Shown piece after piece: positions 1-9,045 of a stretch of 64,000 bases of DNA (its first letter is position 1; each line of letters begins with the position of its first letter). This stretch comes from an uncultured Lachnospiraceae bacterium (GTDB taxonomy: Bacteria; Bacillota; Clostridia; Lachnospirales; Lachnospiraceae): positions 30,087 through 94,086 of the forward strand of contig ONCT01000001.1 in assembly GCA_900316395.1 (NCBI GenBank), in the 5' to 3' direction. The notes below the pieces were generated by a model. The model was not told the DNA's origin, did not search any database, and worked only from the letters and a program-made list of their open reading frames with translations. The translations under genes were made by a program, and so were the position numbers.

Positions 1-268
1 ATTAATCGGACTTAAGGAAAGTGTTATCTTAGGTAAGCTTATCCCAGCCGGAACAGGTATGAAGAGATATAGCAACATCAAGATTAATACAACTTATGAT
101 AACGAGATGTCTCGTCAGATTGCGAAAGCAAGGGAAGAGGCAAGCAAGTTATTAGAGATGGAAGAAGATGTAGTAGAGGAGTCACCAGTTGAGGAAGCTC
201 CTACAGAAGAGAATTCTGTAAGTTCAGGATTTTCTAAACTGTTAGCTGACATTAATGATGGTGAGTAG
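1..268 (+). CDS. rpoC: DNA-directed RNA polymerase subunit beta' (C-terminal fragment, gene starts upstream of window)
   Basis: Frame 2 is open from the window edge. [20 protein letters not shown] matches the conserved beta' C-terminus, followed by an acidic tail and a stop at 266-268. Confidence 0.85.
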   Translation, partial: LIGLKESVILGKLIPAGTGMKRYSNIKINTTYDNEMSRQIAKAREEASKLLEMEEDVVEESPVEEAPTEENSVSSGFSKLLADINDGE

Positions 269-342
269 TCAGAAAATATTTTGACGAATGTGAATATTTA
301 TAATATAATTATGTAAATTTTTTAATTAAGGGAGGTAGAGTT

Positions 343-735
343 ATGCCAATAGCAGCTTTAATAGTAGGAATTTGTTCGCTAGTAGCAGCAATAATAGGTG
401 GAGCACTTGGAGTGTCGAACATAATAGCAAGTGTGATATTACTTGTTGTTGCCATTGTAGGTGGTATTGTAGGTATTATCTTAAGTGCTATATCTATGAA
501 GAAGTTTCCTGAGAAGAAGGGAATGGGTGTAGGAGGACTTGTTACATCAATAATTGGTTTGATTTATGGTATAATCACTTTGGTTGCTTGTGTGGCTTGT
601 ATTGCACTTGGAACAGCAGCAATTAAGGAAGGCTATGATTCATTAACACCAGAAGAGAAACAGCAGATAGAGCAGGGCTTAAATCAGGCTGTTAATGAGA
701 TGAACAATTCAGCTAACGTAACGGAGGTACAATAA
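343..735 (+). CDS. small integral membrane protein, DUF4190-like
   Basis: 130 aa with several hydrophobic Gly/Ile/Val-rich TM segments. GGGAGG RBS upstream. Stop overlaps the next start (TAATG). Confidence 0.7.
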   Translation: MPIAALIVGICSLVAAIIGGALGVSNIIASVILLVVAIVGGIVGIILSAISMKKFPEKKGMGVGGLVTSIIGLIYGIITLVACVACIALGTAAIKEGYDSLTPEEKQQIEQGLNQAVNEMNNSANVTEVQ

Positions 736-1325
736 TGGCATATTATGATAATGACCAGAATGGTCAAAATGTGAATCCACAAGGACAGGCACCAGAGCCA
801 CAGGTACAGCCTCAGGCTCAGCATGCTCAGGCACAACAGGCACAGGCTCAGCCACAGACAGAGCAGATGCAAGGTCAGCAGGCGCAGGCACAGCCAGAGC
901 AGCCACAACAGGCTCAGCCACAGCCACAATATCAGCAACAGCAACAATATCAACAACAGCAATATCAACAGCAACAGTATCAACAACAGCCACAATATAA
1001 TAATCAGGGCTTTAATAATTATGTTGATATAGGACATAGTCCAGCACAGATTATGGTATTTGGTATTGTTTCACTTTGTGCATCAATTCTTGTTGGATGG
1101 ACAGTAGTATTTGGTATTTTAGCAATCGTATTCGGTGCATTAGCAATGAACTGGGCTAAGAAGTTCATGAATGCTAATCCAGGAGTTGATGATGGACAGG
1201 TTAAGGCTGGTAGAATTACTGGTATTATTGGTTTAATCTTCGGAATCATTGATGTTGTAGGCGGATTGATTGCCTGGCTTGCAATTGGATGTGCAGCTAT
1301 TTTTGCAACAGCTGGTGGTTATTAA
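735..1325 (+). CDS. membrane protein with Gln/Pro-rich low-complexity N-terminus and DUF4190-like C-terminal TM domain
   Basis: 196 aa. N-terminal QAQPQ and QQQYQQ repeats. C-terminal VFGIVSLCASIL...LAIVFGALAMNWAKKF TM hairpins resemble the preceding ORF. Followed by a terminator. Confidence 0.7.
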   Translation: MAYYDNDQNGQNVNPQGQAPEPQVQPQAQHAQAQQAQAQPQTEQMQGQQAQAQPEQPQQAQPQPQYQQQQQYQQQQYQQQQYQQQPQYNNQGFNNYVDIGHSPAQIMVFGIVSLCASILVGWTVVFGILAIVFGALAMNWAKKFMNANPGVDDGQVKAGRITGIIGLIFGIIDVVGGLIAWLAIGCAAIFATAGGY

Positions 1326-1350
1326 GATTGAATTAATTAGTTTAATGAAT

Positions 1351-1381
1351 ACCTCTGTCGATATTCGACAGAGGTTATTTA
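1351..1381 (+). terminator. intrinsic terminator after the DUF4190 gene pair
   Basis: ACCTCTGTCG-atatt-CGACAGAGGT followed by TATTTAT. Confidence 0.7.
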
Positions 1382-1412
1382 TGTGTTATGGTTAGTGTTA
1401 ATGAGGCAATAA

Positions 1413-2204
1413 ATGAGCACATATTTAGATTTCGGTTTATTTAGAATCCCCGCCTATGGAACCATGATTGCCACAGGAGGTATAATAGCCAATATAATTG
1501 TAGTATTATTAATACTATTTCGCGACAAGAAGGAGATATGGGATTTCGTTATACTAGAAGGCTATGGACTACTTGGAGGAATAGTAGGTTCCAAGCTGCT
1601 TTTTATTATAGTGAGTTTTAATGACATTCCATGGGACAGAATTGGTGAACCACAGGTGCTTATATCTCTTATTAGCGGAGGCTTTGTATTCTATGGTGGA
1701 GTAATCCTTGCGGTGATATTAGTATTTATTGCTGGCAAGGTACATAAGATAGATGCATGGGATTATATTAGTAATTACACATTTGCCATACCCTTAGCAC
1801 ATGCCTTCGGTCGAATAGGATGCTTCCTTGCAGGCTGTTGCTATGGTAAGCCATATCATGGACCATTTGCAGTTGTGTTTCCCGAGGACTCATTAATTGC
1901 ACCTGCGGGAATTGAGCTGTTTCCAGTCCAGATTGTAGAGAGCATTTGCTTGTTTGTAATTGCAATTGTTTTGTTCTTGCTATATTGGTTTAGAAAATGC
2001 GACTATACACTTCCGACATATTTCATTCTATATGGTATAGTAAGATTTATATTAGAGTTCTATAGGTATGATGAATATCGTGGTCGATTCCTATGGCTAT
2101 ATACTTCACAATGGATAAGTATTGTAATGGTTATTGCTGGAATTGTCTGGATTATCATCAGGGCTAATAAGAATAAGAAGAATAAAGTACAAGAAGGAAG
2201 TTAA
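1413..2204 (+). CDS. lgt: prolipoprotein diacylglyceryl transferase
   Basis: Polytopic membrane protein carrying the Lgt signature HAFGRIGCFLAGCCYGKP. Confidence 0.85.
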   Translation: MSTYLDFGLFRIPAYGTMIATGGIIANIIVVLLILFRDKKEIWDFVILEGYGLLGGIVGSKLLFIIVSFNDIPWDRIGEPQVLISLISGGFVFYGGVILAVILVFIAGKVHKIDAWDYISNYTFAIPLAHAFGRIGCFLAGCCYGKPYHGPFAVVFPEDSLIAPAGIELFPVQIVESICLFVIAIVLFLLYWFRKCDYTLPTYFILYGIVRFILEFYRYDEYRGRFLWLYTSQWISIVMVIAGIVWIIIRANKNKKNKVQEGS

Positions 2205-2205
2205 T

Positions 2206-2865
2206 TTGGTAAGTTACGAAGTACAGTATATAATATTTGCAATAATCGGATATTTATTAGGTTCAATACTTTTTGCCAAGATATGGGGATACGTCTTTAC
2301 TCATAAGGACATAACCAGAGACGCTAAGGACCATAATCCGGGAACCTTCAATGCCTTCGAAGTGGGAGGCTTCTGGTGTGGTGTTGTTACAGTAATCTGC
2401 GACCTGGCCAAAGGATTTACCCCTGTATTTTTATGCGGTCTATTTGTAGATTCAGTTGCGCATAATGAATACCTGATGGCACTAGTTATGTTGTCTCCGG
2501 TTATTGGGCATATACTGCCGATTTTCTATAAGTTCAGAGGTGGCAAAGGTATTGCAGCAACCTTTGGGTCTTTGCTTGGCTTAGTACCTGACTATAAGCC
2601 ACTTTTGCTATTAGCAATAGCATTTATTGTTTATTCATTGATTATTGTTATTAAGCCTGACTTCTACAAGACAATAGTAACATATGTTACGGTGGCAATT
2701 ATATGCCCCTTCTTAGATTACAGGCTGGCAGTTGTTATTGCCTATATAGCGGTAACTGTATTGGTGTGTCTGAGACTATTACTTAGCAAAGAAGACAGGG
2801 GAAGATTTTCTCTTTCACTTATTAAGTGGAAAATAATAGAAGAAAAAGGACGTAAAGAAGCATGA
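2206..2865 (+). CDS. PlsY-family glycerol-3-phosphate acyltransferase (divergent paralog)
   Basis: GYLLGSILFAKIWG, HNPGTFNAF (in place of GSGNxGATN) and FRGGKGIA match the PlsY layout. TTG start at 2206, 7 nt after GGAAG. The ORF-track start at 2134 overlaps lgt. Confidence 0.6.
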   Translation: MVSYEVQYIIFAIIGYLLGSILFAKIWGYVFTHKDITRDAKDHNPGTFNAFEVGGFWCGVVTVICDLAKGFTPVFLCGLFVDSVAHNEYLMALVMLSPVIGHILPIFYKFRGGKGIAATFGSLLGLVPDYKPLLLLAIAFIVYSLIIVIKPDFYKTIVTYVTVAIICPFLDYRLAVVIAYIAVTVLVCLRLLLSKEDRGRFSLSLIKWKIIEEKGRKEA

Positions 2866-4016
2866 GATATCTCGTTATGTCATGTAGCACAGGTGGTGGC
2901 CACAATTCCGCTGCCCATGCTGTAGAGGATGAGTTAATCAAGAGAGGTCATGAAGTAACATTTCTTGACCCATACAATTTAATTAATAATAAGGCGGCCG
3001 ACAAGGTGGGTGGAGCATATATTAAGCTGGTGCAGGTTGCACCTAAGGCTTTCGGCTCCTTATATTTCGCAGGGGAAATGGTAAGCAAGATTCCAATTAT
3101 GTCACCTGTATATTATGTCAATGGTGCAGTTGCATATCTTATGAAGAAATATTTACAGAAGAATGAATTCGATGGAATCGTAATGTCGCATCTGTATCCG
3201 GCAGAGATGATAACAATGCTGAAAAACCACAAGATTGAGTTGCCACCAACATTCTATATAGCAACAGATTATATTCCGATTCCATTTACAGCAGAGACAG
3301 ATATTGACTACTATTGTGTGCCAGGGGAAGATTGTATTGAAGACTTTACTTCCAGAGGAATGCCAAGAGAGAAGCTGATTCCATGTGGAATACCTGTTCA
3401 TGAGAGATTCTCTGGCAGAAGCAAGGGTGTTGACAGGGCAGTTTTAGAACAGCTGAACCTATCGTCTAACTTAAGACATATTCTTGTTGTAGGAGGAAGC
3501 GTGGGCGCAGGCTCCATTCCACAAGTGACATCTATACTATCCGGCTACATCAAGAGATTTAATAAGAAGGTTGATGAGGGAATCATTCATAGTCGTAAGC
3601 TTCATGGTATAGTCATCTGTGGTAATAATGATAAGATGTACAAGAAGCTTCATTCCAGATACAAAGAACATATTACTGTTCTTAAGAGAACAGATAATAT
3701 GTCGGATTATATGAAGAGCTGCGATATTGTAATTAGTAAGCCGGGAGGCTTATCCTCAACTGAGGCTGCAGTGGCAAGGGTGCCATTAATTCATATATCT
3801 CCGATACCAGGTTGTGAGACCTTCAATGTCAAGTATTTTGACGCCAGGGGAATGAGTGTATATGTCGAGAATGTTAGGAAAGATTTAGCTTCAGCAATAA
3901 CAGCATTGCTAAAACCTGAGAACAGAGCCAAGATGCTTGCAAGTCAGGAGATTTCCATAAATGAAAATGCAAGGGACGATTTGTGCGACTTTGTGGAGAA
4001 AATCACGAAAAAATAG
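2862..4016 (+). CDS. GT28 glycolipid synthase (MGDG synthase / UgtP-like diacylglycerol glycosyltransferase)
   Basis: N-terminal MSCSTGGGHNSAAHAV motif typical of MGDG-synthase/UgtP-type enzymes. C-terminal GT-B half (ISKPGGLSSTEA). Confidence 0.7.
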   Translation: MRYLVMSCSTGGGHNSAAHAVEDELIKRGHEVTFLDPYNLINNKAADKVGGAYIKLVQVAPKAFGSLYFAGEMVSKIPIMSPVYYVNGAVAYLMKKYLQKNEFDGIVMSHLYPAEMITMLKNHKIELPPTFYIATDYIPIPFTAETDIDYYCVPGEDCIEDFTSRGMPREKLIPCGIPVHERFSGRSKGVDRAVLEQLNLSSNLRHILVVGGSVGAGSIPQVTSILSGYIKRFNKKVDEGIIHSRKLHGIVICGNNDKMYKKLHSRYKEHITVLKRTDNMSDYMKSCDIVISKPGGLSSTEAAVARVPLIHISPIPGCETFNVKYFDARGMSVYVENVRKDLASAITALLKPENRAKMLASQEISINENARDDLCDFVEKITKK

Positions 4017-4047
4017 GGAATACCTTAAGAGGTATTCTCTTTTTTTG
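4016..4047 (+). terminator. intrinsic terminator after the GT28 gene
   Basis: GGGAATACC-ttaaga-GGTATTCTC stem followed by T7. Confidence 0.85.
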
Positions 4048-4174
4048 TGCAAATGTAATGAGTTGCAGGGGTTGAAAATGTGCAAATTCAACAACTCCGC
4101 GATTTCCATAAAACGCTTATAGACATTCGCATAATATATCCATATAATTTGAATTACGAAAAGAGGTGATGCTT

Positions 4175-4684
4175 ATGCAGGCATATACGGTAGCGGTAGT
4201 AATCCTAACTATTGCGGCTGCCTGTGATTTATTGACAAGGAAGATACCCAATTTATTAATAATAAGTGGATACATAATAGCATTCGCGACAATGATAATC
4301 CTCAATGGTTGGAGTGAAGCATATATCTACTTAATTCGCGCCTTATTAACGCCTTTGGCACTCTTTATATTCTATTTTCTTAAGGCGCTTGGAGCGGGAG
4401 ACATCAAGCTGTTTTCCGTAATATCTGTTTTTTGCCCCACACAGATTTTAATAAGATTTATAGTCTGTTCTTTTGTAATAGCAGCACTTACAGGAGTAGT
4501 TCGGTTGCTAGTTAACAGAGAACTAAGACGCAAGATGCATTCAGTTACAAGCCATGTTAAGAACTGCATTAGTACAGGTGTAATTACTCACTATGTTCCA
4601 GAAGGTGAGAGTAGCTATATATGCTTTTCTGTATGTATGCTAACGGGCTTTATCATAAGTATTGGAATGGAGGTGTTAATGTGA
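4175..4684 (+). CDS. A24-family prepilin peptidase (CpaA/TadV-like), copy 1
   Basis: Polytopic protein with an Asp in AAACDLLTRKIP and the second catalytic motif GAGDIKLF. First gene of the Tad locus. The start could be 4166, 4169 or 4175. Confidence 0.75.
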   Translation: MQAYTVAVVILTIAAACDLLTRKIPNLLIISGYIIAFATMIILNGWSEAYIYLIRALLTPLALFIFYFLKALGAGDIKLFSVISVFCPTQILIRFIVCSFVIAALTGVVRLLVNRELRRKMHSVTSHVKNCISTGVITHYVPEGESSYICFSVCMLTGFIISIGMEVLM

Positions 4685-5622
4685 AGATTGCTTTATGCGA
4701 TTTTGACGAGAAGTATGTAGACAGCCTTCTTACTTATCTATATGGAAAATGTTCTGGCAACAGCTTTGCTACCTATACAACAGTAGCAGATTTTGAAGAA
4801 AGTCTTAATAGCGCCAGATACGATTATTCAATTATAGGAGATAAGTTCTATGAAGAGCTAAGTAGTGTTGAAGGAAGTAGAGCTAACTTAGGAAAGCTGG
4901 TGATACTTACTTCTTCTATTGATAGTTTAAGTAATGAAGATGGGTGTTATGTATATAAATACGGGCCAATGGATGGACTTCATAAGATGATAAGTGGGAT
5001 TAGACAAAGCAGATCATCTGCCAAAAGCTTCGCTGTATACTCCCCGTCTCACCACGAGTTAACAGAGATGTATGGTCTGAGTATGAGTCAGATGTTATCA
5101 GAAGAGATGAAGGTTCTATTAATAGATACTATGCATCTTCCAATAATAAGAAGGCTGATTCGTGACGGACCAAGAGGAAGTATTGTTGATGTTATATATA
5201 AGCTGGAGAATAGCAAGTCGGAGGAGATTAAGGACTTGATAGATGAATATAAGGGAGTCGATATTCTTCCCTTTGCTCTGACTCCAACAGATGTTATTTC
5301 CATAAGTCGAAATCAATGGAAAATGTTAATAGAGTACATTGATTCTCTTGGCTACGATGCCTATGTATTTGTGCTAGATGATATTAATCAGGGCTTTAAG
5401 GAAATAATAGAATATGCAAGAAATTGTGTGCTGATTAATAAGCGTGGAGATTATTACAAGTTAGAGCAGGATGATATGAGAGATTATATTAAAACCTTAG
5501 GAGTTAAGACAACAAGTATTGAGCTACTAATGTCGGCAAACAATCTAAGCGAGGGCTGCTATCAGCTTGAAGAATTGCTTACAGGTAATCTTGGACGTTA
5601 TGTTCGAAGTCAGAATTATTAG
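4681..5622 (+). CDS. TadZ/CpaE-like pilus localisation protein with degenerate (P-loop-less) MinD/ParA fold
   Basis: GTG start at 4681 after GGAGG, overlapping the upstream stop (GTGA). Receiver-like N-terminus. FAVYSPSHHELTEMYG sits where CpaE has the KGGxGKT P-loop, followed by VLLIDT. Confidence 0.5.
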   Translation: MKIALCDFDEKYVDSLLTYLYGKCSGNSFATYTTVADFEESLNSARYDYSIIGDKFYEELSSVEGSRANLGKLVILTSSIDSLSNEDGCYVYKYGPMDGLHKMISGIRQSRSSAKSFAVYSPSHHELTEMYGLSMSQMLSEEMKVLLIDTMHLPIIRRLIRDGPRGSIVDVIYKLENSKSEEIKDLIDEYKGVDILPFALTPTDVISISRNQWKMLIEYIDSLGYDAYVFVLDDINQGFKEIIEYARNCVLINKRGDYYKLEQDDMRDYIKTLGVKTTSIELLMSANNLSEGCYQLEELLTGNLGRYVRSQNY

Positions 5623-5634
5623 AGGGCATATGCT

Positions 5635-6837
5635 ATGGATTACAATGATATTTTTCGAGGGATAGAGGCAAGACTGTTCGACAGCTTTGACATCAATACT
5701 GATATAGATGATGAAGGAATAATGGACAGAATCCAGGAGGAAATATGTATATTTGCCAAGGAGTATCCTATTGATGTTGATGAGAGGATGAGGCTTCAGA
5801 AGGAACTCTTCTACTCCCTAAGAAAGTATGATGTTCTTTCGAGATTATTAGAGGATGATGATATTACAGAGATAATGATTAATGGTTTTAATCACATATT
5901 TATAGAGAAGAGGGGCAAGGTGATTGAGACTAATGAGAGCTTCAGTTCCAAGGAAAAGCTGGATGATGTAATACAACAGATTGTTGGGGCAAACAATCAG
6001 ATTATTAACGAGACAACACCTATTGTTGATACAAGGTTAGAGGATGGGTCCCGTGTAAATATTGTATTACCGCCAATAGCTATTGACGGAAGTGTAATGT
6101 CAATCAGAAGATTCTCCAAGGAACCAATAACACTTAACAGACTAATAGAGCTTAATTCTATAAGTGAAGAGATTAAGGGATTTCTTGGGAGGTTAATCAG
6201 AGCAAGATATAATATCTTCATTTCTGGAGGAACAGGTTCAGGAAAGACAACCTTCCTAAATGCTCTTACAGAATATATACCAGAGGACGAGCGCGTAATA
6301 ACAATTGAGGATGCAGCAGAACTTCAAGTAATAGGAATTGACAATTTAGTCAGGCTAGAAGCAAGAAGAGAGAATATTGAAGGAGAGCTGGAAGTAACAA
6401 TAAGGGATCTTGTTCGTACATCACTTCGTATGAGACCTAACAGGATTATTGTTGGAGAATGTCGTGGGGCAGAAGCTATTGAAGTTCTTCAGGCATGTAA
6501 TACAGGACATGACGGCAGTCTAAGTACAGGGCATGCTAACTCTTCTAATGATATGATATCGCGATTAGAGACTATGGTTTTGCAGGGAATGGAGATTCCA
6601 GTTCTTGCTATTCGTAAGCAGATAGCGTCAGCGATTGACATATTTATTCATTTAGGAAGATTACCTAATGGAGAGCGTAAGCTCATAGAGATATCTGAGG
6701 TAATGGGAGTTGAAGGTGAAGATATTAAGCTTAACACATTATATGAATTTGATTATGAAACTAAGGGAAAGGAAAGTAAATGGGTAAGAAAGGCAGATTT
6801 GCAAAATACAGAGAAACTATTAAGGACCCAAGAGTAA
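5635..6837 (+). CDS. cpaF: CpaF/TadA-family type II/IV secretion ATPase
   Basis: Walker A ISGGTGSGKTTFLNAL, Asp box ITIEDAAEL, His box GHDGSLSTGHANS. Confidence 0.9.
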   Translation: MDYNDIFRGIEARLFDSFDINTDIDDEGIMDRIQEEICIFAKEYPIDVDERMRLQKELFYSLRKYDVLSRLLEDDDITEIMINGFNHIFIEKRGKVIETNESFSSKEKLDDVIQQIVGANNQIINETTPIVDTRLEDGSRVNIVLPPIAIDGSVMSIRRFSKEPITLNRLIELNSISEEIKGFLGRLIRARYNIFISGGTGSGKTTFLNALTEYIPEDERVITIEDAAELQVIGIDNLVRLEARRENIEGELEVTIRDLVRTSLRMRPNRIIVGECRGAEAIEVLQACNTGHDGSLSTGHANSSNDMISRLETMVLQGMEIPVLAIRKQIASAIDIFIHLGRLPNGERKLIEISEVMGVEGEDIKLNTLYEFDYETKGKESKWVRKADLQNTEKLLRTQE

Positions 6838-7526
6838 TAGTATCAGCCCTTGCGATAACAGTTTTAGTTGCATGGTTATTCTATAGGTCTGCTATTGCAT
6901 TAATACTATTTCCAATAATTCTCTTTGCTTGCCTGTATTATTTTCAGGATAGAAATAGCGAGAAGAGAAGAGAGAAGGTTCTTATTGAATTCAGAGAGAT
7001 GCTTAAGGTAATAGTAAGCGAATTAAGGAGTGGTCATTCTTTAGAAAATGCTGTAATGATTCTTGATAAAGAGATATCGCATTTATGTGGGGATAAGGCG
7101 ATTATTATACCGGGACTTAAGAACATGCAGCGTCAACTAAGACTTAAGAAACCAGTAGAACAGGCCATAAGTGATTTTGCATCATATTATCAATATGAGG
7201 AAATTGTTAATTTCGCTTACACCATAGGCTACGCCAAAAGGTTAGGTGGAAATTATATTAAGAACATTTCTGTTAGTGCTGAGAAGATAGAGCAACGATT
7301 AGAGGTTAAGCAGGATATTAAGACACAGCTTGCCGAGAAGCAGTTCGAGATGAAAATCATGGGAGTGATGCCTTTAGGAATTCTAATTTACATAGGACTT
7401 ACATCTTATGAATTCATAGAACCACTTTATCATAACCTAATGGGAGTTATTGTTATGAGTGTAAGCTTAGTTCTTTATGTAGCATGTCTTTATATTGCTA
7501 AGAGGATAGTAACCATTGAATATTAG
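6780..7526 (+). CDS. tadB: TadB-like pilus assembly inner-membrane protein (T2SSF domain)
   Basis: TM segment, then a T2SSF-like helical region (FREMLKVIVSELRSGHSLENAV), then C-terminal TMs. Sits immediately after cpaF. Confidence 0.7.
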   Translation: MGKKGRFAKYRETIKDPRVIVSALAITVLVAWLFYRSAIALILFPIILFACLYYFQDRNSEKRREKVLIEFREMLKVIVSELRSGHSLENAVMILDKEISHLCGDKAIIIPGLKNMQRQLRLKKPVEQAISDFASYYQYEEIVNFAYTIGYAKRLGGNYIKNISVSAEKIEQRLEVKQDIKTQLAEKQFEMKIMGVMPLGILIYIGLTSYEFIEPLYHNLMGVIVMSVSLVLYVACLYIAKRIVTIEY

Positions 7527-7540
7527 ATAGGAGATAAGAA

Positions 7541-8803
7541 TTGATTTGTGCATTAATACTTGTTGTAACAATTATATTGTCTAAGACGAAGAAAGTGGGG
7601 CCGCTTATTCCGCCTAAGGTACTTAGGATAGCAATTATTGTTGAGGTAATTGGGATAATCGCAACCTTAGGAGAATTCCTGACAAGTAAGGTATGGTTTG
7701 ACAATACTATTGAAAGACCTGCAGTGGGTGAAAGTGATACGCAGGAGGAATTAGAGTATAAGACTGATGATAAGAAGACAGACATTGTGCTAGATGTTCC
7801 TGCCATGCTTCATACCGCAGAAGAGAAAGAACAGTTAATAAGTAAGGCAAAGGAAGAGATAGATAGCTCCTTCATTGGTGATAATGAAGATTTAGACGAA
7901 ATCAACCAAAGCGTTGTCATGAAGGAAAGCTATGTGGATGGTCTTGTTAAGGCTGAATGGCAGTTAAGTGATTACAAGATAGTAGGAGCTGAAGGCGAGA
8001 TTAATTATGACAATGTAAGTAATGAAACAGTAATTGATGCTGATGTGACTCTTACTTGTGAAGATGTAAGTGATGTGTATTCTTTCTCATTTCGTGTAGT
8101 ACCACTAGATACCAATTCGAGTCTGGGAATAGATTACTATGTTCGTAAAGCAATCCATAGTTTGTTTCAAGATTCAGATGATATTGTAACCCTTCCTGAC
8201 AAGGTTGGTGATAGAGAAGTTACCTGGAGTAAGAAATATACATTTCTTGGAGCCAAGATAGGAATTCTTGGTGTCCTTGCAGCAGTTGCAATGGTTATTG
8301 GGCAGGCTAAGGAAGAGAAGAATAAGAAGGATAAATATCTTAAGAGTATGGTGCGGGATTATCCTAAGATTGTGGAAAGCTTGTCGTTATATGTTGGAGC
8401 AGGATTAAGCATTAAAAACGCAATGTATCGTATAAGTGAGGAATATATGATACGAAGAAGCAAGAAAAAAGAACCTGGCTTCGAAGGAGTTCTTAGAGTA
8501 TGCAGAGAGATTGAAGAAGGAAGAAGTGAGGTGAAGGCATTTGAGAATCTAGCAAGCTATTGTCCCACAAGAGAGTATAGAAGACTATCTAATCTACTAA
8601 CAAGTAGTATTAAGAAGGGCTCTAAGGGAATGCTTGAACAGTTAGAAAATGAAGAAGCTGAGGCCTTCGAGATGCAGAAGCAATATGTGAAGATTGCAGG
8701 AGAGGAAGCATCTACCAAGCTGTTGTTTCCAATGATAGGCCTTCTTGGAATTGTGTTAATAATTATTATTGCGCCATCAATATTCAATATGCAGGCTATG
8801 TAG
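7541..8803 (+). CDS. tadC: TadC-like pilus assembly membrane protein (T2SSF domain) with large N-terminal extracytoplasmic insert
   Basis: TTG start after GGAG. C-terminal T2SSF region DYPKIVESLSLYVGAGLSIKNAMYRI plus a terminal TM. An extra domain of about 200 aa precedes it. Confidence 0.65.
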   Translation: MICALILVVTIILSKTKKVGPLIPPKVLRIAIIVEVIGIIATLGEFLTSKVWFDNTIERPAVGESDTQEELEYKTDDKKTDIVLDVPAMLHTAEEKEQLISKAKEEIDSSFIGDNEDLDEINQSVVMKESYVDGLVKAEWQLSDYKIVGAEGEINYDNVSNETVIDADVTLTCEDVSDVYSFSFRVVPLDTNSSLGIDYYVRKAIHSLFQDSDDIVTLPDKVGDREVTWSKKYTFLGAKIGILGVLAAVAMVIGQAKEEKNKKDKYLKSMVRDYPKIVESLSLYVGAGLSIKNAMYRISEEYMIRRSKKKEPGFEGVLRVCREIEEGRSEVKAFENLASYCPTREYRRLSNLLTSSIKKGSKGMLEQLENEEAEAFEMQKQYVKIAGEEASTKLLFPMIGLLGIVLIIIIAPSIFNMQAM

Positions 8804-8856
8804 TTAATTGTAGAAGTAAACAAGAGTAGTAATGTTAGTGAAGAAGGAGGAGAGAT

Positions 8857-9045
8857 ATGAGTGTAGGAAAAAATATGTGGAATATGATTAAGAATTTTTT
8901 TAAAGAAGAAGATGGGATAGGAGTCGTGGAGATTATATTAATTATCGTTGTTTTGATTGGTCTTGTACTAATTTTCAAGAAACAATTAACAAGCATTGTT
9001 AACGATATTTTCTCGACCATTACAGACAAAGCAGGAAGTGTCTAA
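8857..9045 (+). CDS. flp: Flp-family type IVb prepilin
   Basis: 62 aa. Leader ...KEEDG followed by IGVVEIILIIVVLIGLVLIF, giving Gly at -1, Glu at +5 and a hydrophobic helix. Strong GGAGG RBS. Confidence 0.8.
   Translation: MSVGKNMWNMIKNFFKEEDGIGVVEIILIIVVLIGLVLIFKKQLTSIVNDIFSTITDKAGSV

Noticed and set aside
684-1037. Antisense and alternative-frame ORFs (684-1037 minus, 709-993 minus, 823-1032 plus) with extreme Leu- or Val/Ala-rich composition
   Set aside because: They lie entirely within the CAG/CAA repeat region of the 735-1325 gene. Their composition is the mirror of the repeat, and no RBS is present.
4068-4098. GGGGTTGAAAATGTGCAAATTCAACAACTCC upstream of the Tad locus as another GTTGACA-family copy
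   Set aside because: Only the GTTGAA/TTCAAC arms match, so it is too degenerate to count. It may be just a small hairpin.
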